Both the position numbers and the translations under genes were made by a program. Source: Pseudomonadota bacterium (GTDB lineage Bacteria; Pseudomonadota; Gammaproteobacteria; Burkholderiales; Gallionellaceae). From it: 64,000 nucleotides of DNA. This document shows, piece by piece, positions 60,098 through 64,000 of the stretch (position 1 is its first letter; every line of letters starts with the position of its first letter). The notes beneath the pieces were generated by a model. It was given only the letters and a program-made list of their open reading frames with translations. It did no database searches and was not told the DNA's origin. The DNA is taken from positions 80 to 64,079 of the forward strand of contig JAJYYO010000010.1 of the NCBI GenBank assembly GCA_021800795.1. Reading direction: 5' to 3'.

Positions 60098-61170
60098 GCT
60101 TCTCCTTTCTCGACTATTTCGGCACATATCCCAGCCACCGTATCTGCTGCATGGCTCTTGGCCGCATTGCGCGCCTGTTGCGCCATCGCCATTAATTTTT
60201 CCCGGACAAGTTCTCTCAATAACTGTGCGAGCCTGTCCGCATTCAGTTCTGACTGCGGCAGCAAAATAGCCGCTCCTCGTTCGCTCAAGAAACGTGCGTT
60301 ATGCGTCTGGTGATCGTCCACCGCAAACGGAAACGGAATCAACAGGCCGGCCACGCCGGCTGCCGCCAGCTCAGCCACGGTCAGCGCACCGGATCGGCAA
60401 ATCACCAGATCAGCTGCTGCGTAACTTGCCGCCATATTTTCGATGAAGGGCTGGATGTCAGCCTGTATGCCCAGCTGGTTGTACAAAGCTACAACCGCGG
60501 TGTGATGAGCACGGCCTGTCTGATGCACTACATTGGGACGCACATCTGCCGGCATTTTCGCAAGTGCTTCCGGTACGGCGTCATTGATGGCCTTCGCCCC
60601 CAGACTGCCGCCCACCACCAGCAGGTTTAGGCGGCCTGTGCGTTTTGCATAGCGCAACTCGGGCGGGTCAATATTCACAATTTGACCGCGCACCGGATTG
60701 CCGCACCACAGCGCGCCGGGCAACACATCCGGAAAACCCGTCAGTACGCGGTTCGCTACATGTGCCAGCACCTTGTTGCTCAGACCCGCAATTGAATTTT
60801 GCTCGTGTATCACCAGCGGAATCCTCAGCGCGGCGGCCATCAAGCCGCCCGGAAATGTGATATAGCCGCCCATCCCCAGCACCAAGTCGGGTCTGACGCG
60901 CATCATCGCAATCAGGCTCTGCCACAACGCTACCGCAAGATTCAGCGGCAGCAGCAGCTTGCGCAATATACCCTTGCCGCGCAGACCCGAAAAACGCACT
61001 GTCTCCATACGGTAGCCGTGTTTCGGCGCCAGATCGGCTTCCATGCTGTTCGGCGCGCCCAGCCAGGTCACCTGCCAGCCTTCACCACGCAACACGTCGG
61101 CCACCGCAAGAGCCGGGAATATGTGCCCGCCCGTGCCTCCGGCCATAATTAATATAGAGCGGCTATTCAT
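60094..61170 (-). CDS. murG: undecaprenyl-PP-MurNAc-pentapeptide GlcNAc transferase
   Basis: [34 protein letters not shown]. Confidence 0.97.
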   Translation of the reverse strand: MNSRSILIMAGGTGGHIFPALAVADVLRGEGWQVTWLGAPNSMEADLAPKHGYRMETVRFSGLRGKGILRKLLLPLNLAVALWQSLIAMMRVRPDLVLGMGGYITFPGGLMAAALRIPLVIHEQNSIAGLSNKVLAHVANRVLTGFPDVLPGALWCGNPVRGQIVNIDPPELRYAKRTGRLNLLVVGGSLGAKAINDAVPEALAKMPADVRPNVVHQTGRAHHTAVVALYNQLGIQADIQPFIENMAASYAAADLVICRSGALTVAELAAAGVAGLLIPFPFAVDDHQTHNARFLSERGAAILLPQSELNADRLAQLLRELVREKLMAMAQQARNAAKSHAADTVAGICAEIVEKGEA

Positions 61171-61258
61171 GGCATTTCTCTGAGATGGGCACATTTCTGC
61201 CGAAGGCAAAAATATGGCCCCCGGTTCCACCTGCCATAATTAAAATGTTTCGGCTCAC
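61163..61258 (-). other. 31-codon mini-ORF: recoded duplicate of the murG N-terminus
   Basis: GTG-start [40 protein letters not shown]; stop lies just inside the murG start. Confidence 0.8.
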
Positions 61259-61282
61259 GAAGCACCTCCTGAGTCAGAGGAA

Positions 61283-61403
61283 TAAGGATTGAGGATTGAG
61301 GATTGAGGATACAAGTCGTTGTGTGCCGCGTCGCGGCACACTTTATCAAAGACGCGGCGCAGCCGCGACAATGCTTCTGTCCTCCGCCCTCTGTACTCTG
61401 TCG
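61283..61403. repeat. heptamer arrays enclosing two small palindromes
   Basis: (GGATTGA)x3; gtgtgccgcgtcgcggcacac; cgcggcgcagccgcg; ttctgtcctccgccctctgtactctgtcg. Confidence 0.75.
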
Positions 61404-61409
61404 CCTGAT

Positions 61410-61588
61410 TCATATTGGCAACCCCCGTGCAATCCTGCGATTTTGGCTACGCCTTAAAGAAAGATTGGAGATTATAATTTTCACAATGGCAAGCAACGGG
61501 CAAGTCGACGGTTTTGGCTGCGCCGAAACAGAAGGTTGGAAATTATTGAATTTCATATTGGCAACCCTCTGGCCAACCTTCTGTTTTC
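61410..61588 (-). repeat. ~72-bp tandem units carrying recoded ftsW C-termini
   Basis: Stops at 61553, 61481 and 61410; [30 protein letters not shown]. Confidence 0.85.
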
Positions 61589-62773
61589 ATAATCCACTCT
61601 GAGCAGCACAGCGGCGGCGATGCAATTGACCACCACGCCACTGCCGCCAAAGCTCAGGAAAGGCAAAGTCAAGCCCTTGGTGGGCAGTACGCCCATATTC
61701 ACGCCGATGTTGATCGTCGCCTGCACGCCTATCCATACGCCGATGCCCTGCGCCACCAGTGCGGAAAAGTTGCGCTCCAAAAACGCGGCGTGACGACCGA
61801 TCTGGAATGCGCGTATCACTACCAGCGCAAACAGCAGAATGACGCAAACCACACCAGCCAGCCCCAGCTCTTCTGCGATGACCGCCATCAAAAAGTCGGT
61901 ATGCGCTTCCGGCAGATAGAACAGTTTCTCCACACTGGCGCCCAGCCCCACGCCGAACCACTCGCCACGACCGAAGGCGATCAGCGCATGACTGAGCTGA
62001 TAACCCTTGCCATACGGGTCTGCCCAGGGGTTCATGAAGCCGATCACACGCTGCATACGGTAGGGCGATGAAAATATCAGTGCGGCAAACGCCAAAGGCA
62101 GCGCCACCAGCAATGCGCCGAACACCTTGACGTTGAAACCGCCCAGCCATAAGGTACAAATGGCGATAGACAAGACCACCACAAACGCGCCCATGTCCGG
62201 TTCCTGCAACAACAAACCGCCTATCACCACCATGACCACGAACATCGGCATAAATGCCCTGATGAACAAATGCGCTACCGCACCCTTGCGCACCGTGTAA
62301 TCGGCGGCATACATCACGGCAAACAGTTTCATCAACTCGGAAGGCTGTAAATTGATCACAAACAGCGACAGCCAGCGGCGGCTGCCGTTCACTTCACGAC
62401 CGATATGCGGGATCAGGACCAGCAGCAGGAGGACTGAGCCTGCCAGAAACAGATAAGGCGCATAGGTCTGCCATAATTGCACCGGCAGCTGAAACGCGAA
62501 CACGCCGGCTATCAGGCCGACGGCGATGAACATGCTGTGGCGCGTCAGATAATAGGTAGCCTGGTGAGCCGTGAACTTGCTGCCCTCGGCGGTGGCGATG
62601 GATGAGGAATACACCATCACCAGCCCGATGGAGAGCAGTGCAATGAATACCCAGATCAGCAGGTTGTCGTACTGAGCCTGCGGCGGCGGGGTTCGCGTCC
62701 GGACAGCGAAAGGGTGGGGGTGCAACCCCCGGGTACCCATCGGCGTACTCCTTGCGGGTGCTAACGAGGCCAT
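61553..62773 (-). CDS. ftsW: peptidoglycan polymerase FtsW
   Basis: [44 protein letters not shown]. Confidence 0.97.
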   Translation of the reverse strand: MASLAPARSTPMGTRGLHPHPFAVRTRTPPPQAQYDNLLIWVFIALLSIGLVMVYSSSIATAEGSKFTAHQATYYLTRHSMFIAVGLIAGVFAFQLPVQLWQTYAPYLFLAGSVLLLLVLIPHIGREVNGSRRWLSLFVINLQPSELMKLFAVMYAADYTVRKGAVAHLFIRAFMPMFVVMVVIGGLLLQEPDMGAFVVVLSIAICTLWLGGFNVKVFGALLVALPLAFAALIFSSPYRMQRVIGFMNPWADPYGKGYQLSHALIAFGRGEWFGVGLGASVEKLFYLPEAHTDFLMAVIAEELGLAGVVCVILLFALVVIRAFQIGRHAAFLERNFSALVAQGIGVWIGVQATINIGVNMGVLPTKGLTLPFLSFGGSGVVVNCIAAAVLLRVDYENRRLARGLPI

Positions 62774-64000
62774 GTCGACTCCTTGGTCAGCTTTCGCACT
62801 TCGGCAATGAAAACTTCGGCGCGGTGCGCGTAATTGCGGTACATGTCGAAACTTGCGCAAGCCGGAGATAACAGCACGGCGTCTCCCGGCAATGCCAGCA
62901 TGGCGGCCTGTCCGACGGCCTCATTCATGTCTTTTGCATGCACCACCGGTACTTCGCAGTCCTGCAACGCCGCCGCTATCTTTGGCGCATCGCGGCCTAT
63001 CAGCACAACTGCGCGTGCGTGTTGAATCACGGCAGACTTTAAGGGGGAAAAATCCTGTTCCTTGCCCACGCCGCCGGCAATCAGCACCGATTTACAACCC
63101 ATGCCTTCCAGTGCGGCGACGGTCGCGCCTACATTGGTTCCCTTGGAGTCGTCATAAAAGCTCACCCCATGCAGTTTTTCGACCAGTTCTACGCGATGCG
63201 GCAAGCCCTTGAAGCTCTTCAAGGCTTCCAGCAATACCGGCATCGGTAAATCAATTGCCCGGCACAAGGCCAGCGCGGCCTGGGCATTGGCAAGATTGTG
63301 CAGCCCGGCGAGTTGCAGTTCGGAGGCCCTGATCAGGCGCCGACTACCCTGCACCAGCCAGATTTCTCCGCCATCTCTTTCAATGCCAAAATCAACTTCA
63401 CGCCCGGGCAGGCCCAGGCCAAAGGTGATGTGGTTGTCGCGCAGCATTGCCATGACGCGCGGGTCGTCCCGGTTCAACACCTGCACGCCGCAATCCTTGA
63501 ATATCCTTTGTTTCGCTGCCGCGTACTCATCCATGTCTGCATAGCGATCCAGATGATCTTCGCTGATGTTCAGCACCGTGGCCGCATCCGCCTTCAAGCT
63601 GAATGTCGTTTCCAGCTGAAAGCTGGACAACTCCAGCACCCATATTTCAGGCTGTTGCTTACCCCGTGCCAGCACCGCATCCAGCACCGCAGGCGATATA
63701 TTGCCCGCCGCCACCGCATCACGGCCCGCTGCCCTGCACAGGTGTTCCACCAGGCTGGTGACGGTCGTCTTGCCGTTCGAGCCGGTAATCGCGATAACAC
63801 GAGGATTGAGGATGGTGGATTGAGGATTGAGTTGTTGCGCGAATAGCTCGATGTCGCCGATCACGGGAATGCCGGCTGCCACAGCACGTGACACGAACGG
63901 GTCGCGCAGCGGCACACCCGGACTGATCGCGATCAGATCGATGCCGGCAAATAATGCATCATTGAATGCCCCGCAAAATACTTGTTCAGGGGAAACCAAT
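62761..64000 (-). CDS. murD: UDP-MurNAc-L-Ala--D-glutamate ligase (5' end outside the window)
   Basis: [43 protein letters not shown]. Confidence 0.96.
   Translation of the reverse strand, partial: LVSPEQVFCGAFNDALFAGIDLIAISPGVPLRDPFVSRAVAAGIPVIGDIELFAQQLNPQSTILNPRVIAITGSNGKTTVTSLVEHLCRAAGRDAVAAGNISPAVLDAVLARGKQQPEIWVLELSSFQLETTFSLKADAATVLNISEDHLDRYADMDEYAAAKQRIFKDCGVQVLNRDDPRVMAMLRDNHITFGLGLPGREVDFGIERDGGEIWLVQGSRRLIRASELQLAGLHNLANAQAALALCRAIDLPMPVLLEALKSFKGLPHRVELVEKLHGVSFYDDSKGTNVGATVAALEGMGCKSVLIAGGVGKEQDFSPLKSAVIQHARAVVLIGRDAPKIAAALQDCEVPVVHAKDMNEAVGQAAMLALPGDAVLLSPACASFDMYRNYAHRAEVFIAEVRKLTKESTWPR
63801..63831. repeat. heptamer array in frame in murD ([10 protein letters not shown])
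   Basis: gaggattgaggatggtggattgaggattgag immediately before the P-loop strand. Confidence 0.8.

Noticed and set aside
61410-61588. CRISPR-like repeat-spacer array (also the REP cluster at 8108-9076)
   Set aside because: Only 2-3 degenerate units, the 'spacers' are host gene ends, and there are no cas genes or leader.

Overview
Chromosomal window from a GC-rich betaproteobacterium; gene order and style suggest Gallionellaceae/Nitrosomonadales (inference). Core genes are priA, pilA, ubiA/ubiC, recG, metF-ahcY-metK with an SAH riboswitch, ubiD, dacB, bioA, groESL, tRNA-Phe, prfC, rdgC, slt, cca and the 3' part of the dcw cluster (murD-ftsW-murG-murC-murB-ddl-ftsQ-ftsA-ftsZ). Accessory content includes a toxin-antitoxin-rich patch around pilA and a two-component/TonB/phosphoesterase cluster. 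A 7.2-kb element is integrated at tRNA-Phe (74-bp att repeat). It carries a tyrosine integrase, a rolling-circle Rep, an XafT-like protein and a Panacea TA pair. The window is saturated with small palindromic, MITE and heptamer repeats, many inserted in frame in essential proteins (PriA, RecG, DacB, Ddl, MurB, MurC, MurD and others). The most unusual observation is that the termini of ftsW (three copies), murG and metK are duplicated as synonymously recoded copies. All share one junction architecture: an inverted copy of the gene's own sequence, then TTTC, a GNA mini-hairpin and AAAA. A REP-associated duplication of a similar kind brackets a DinJ-YafQ module. No transposase for these repeats is visible in the window. 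All calls are by eye; no searches were run.
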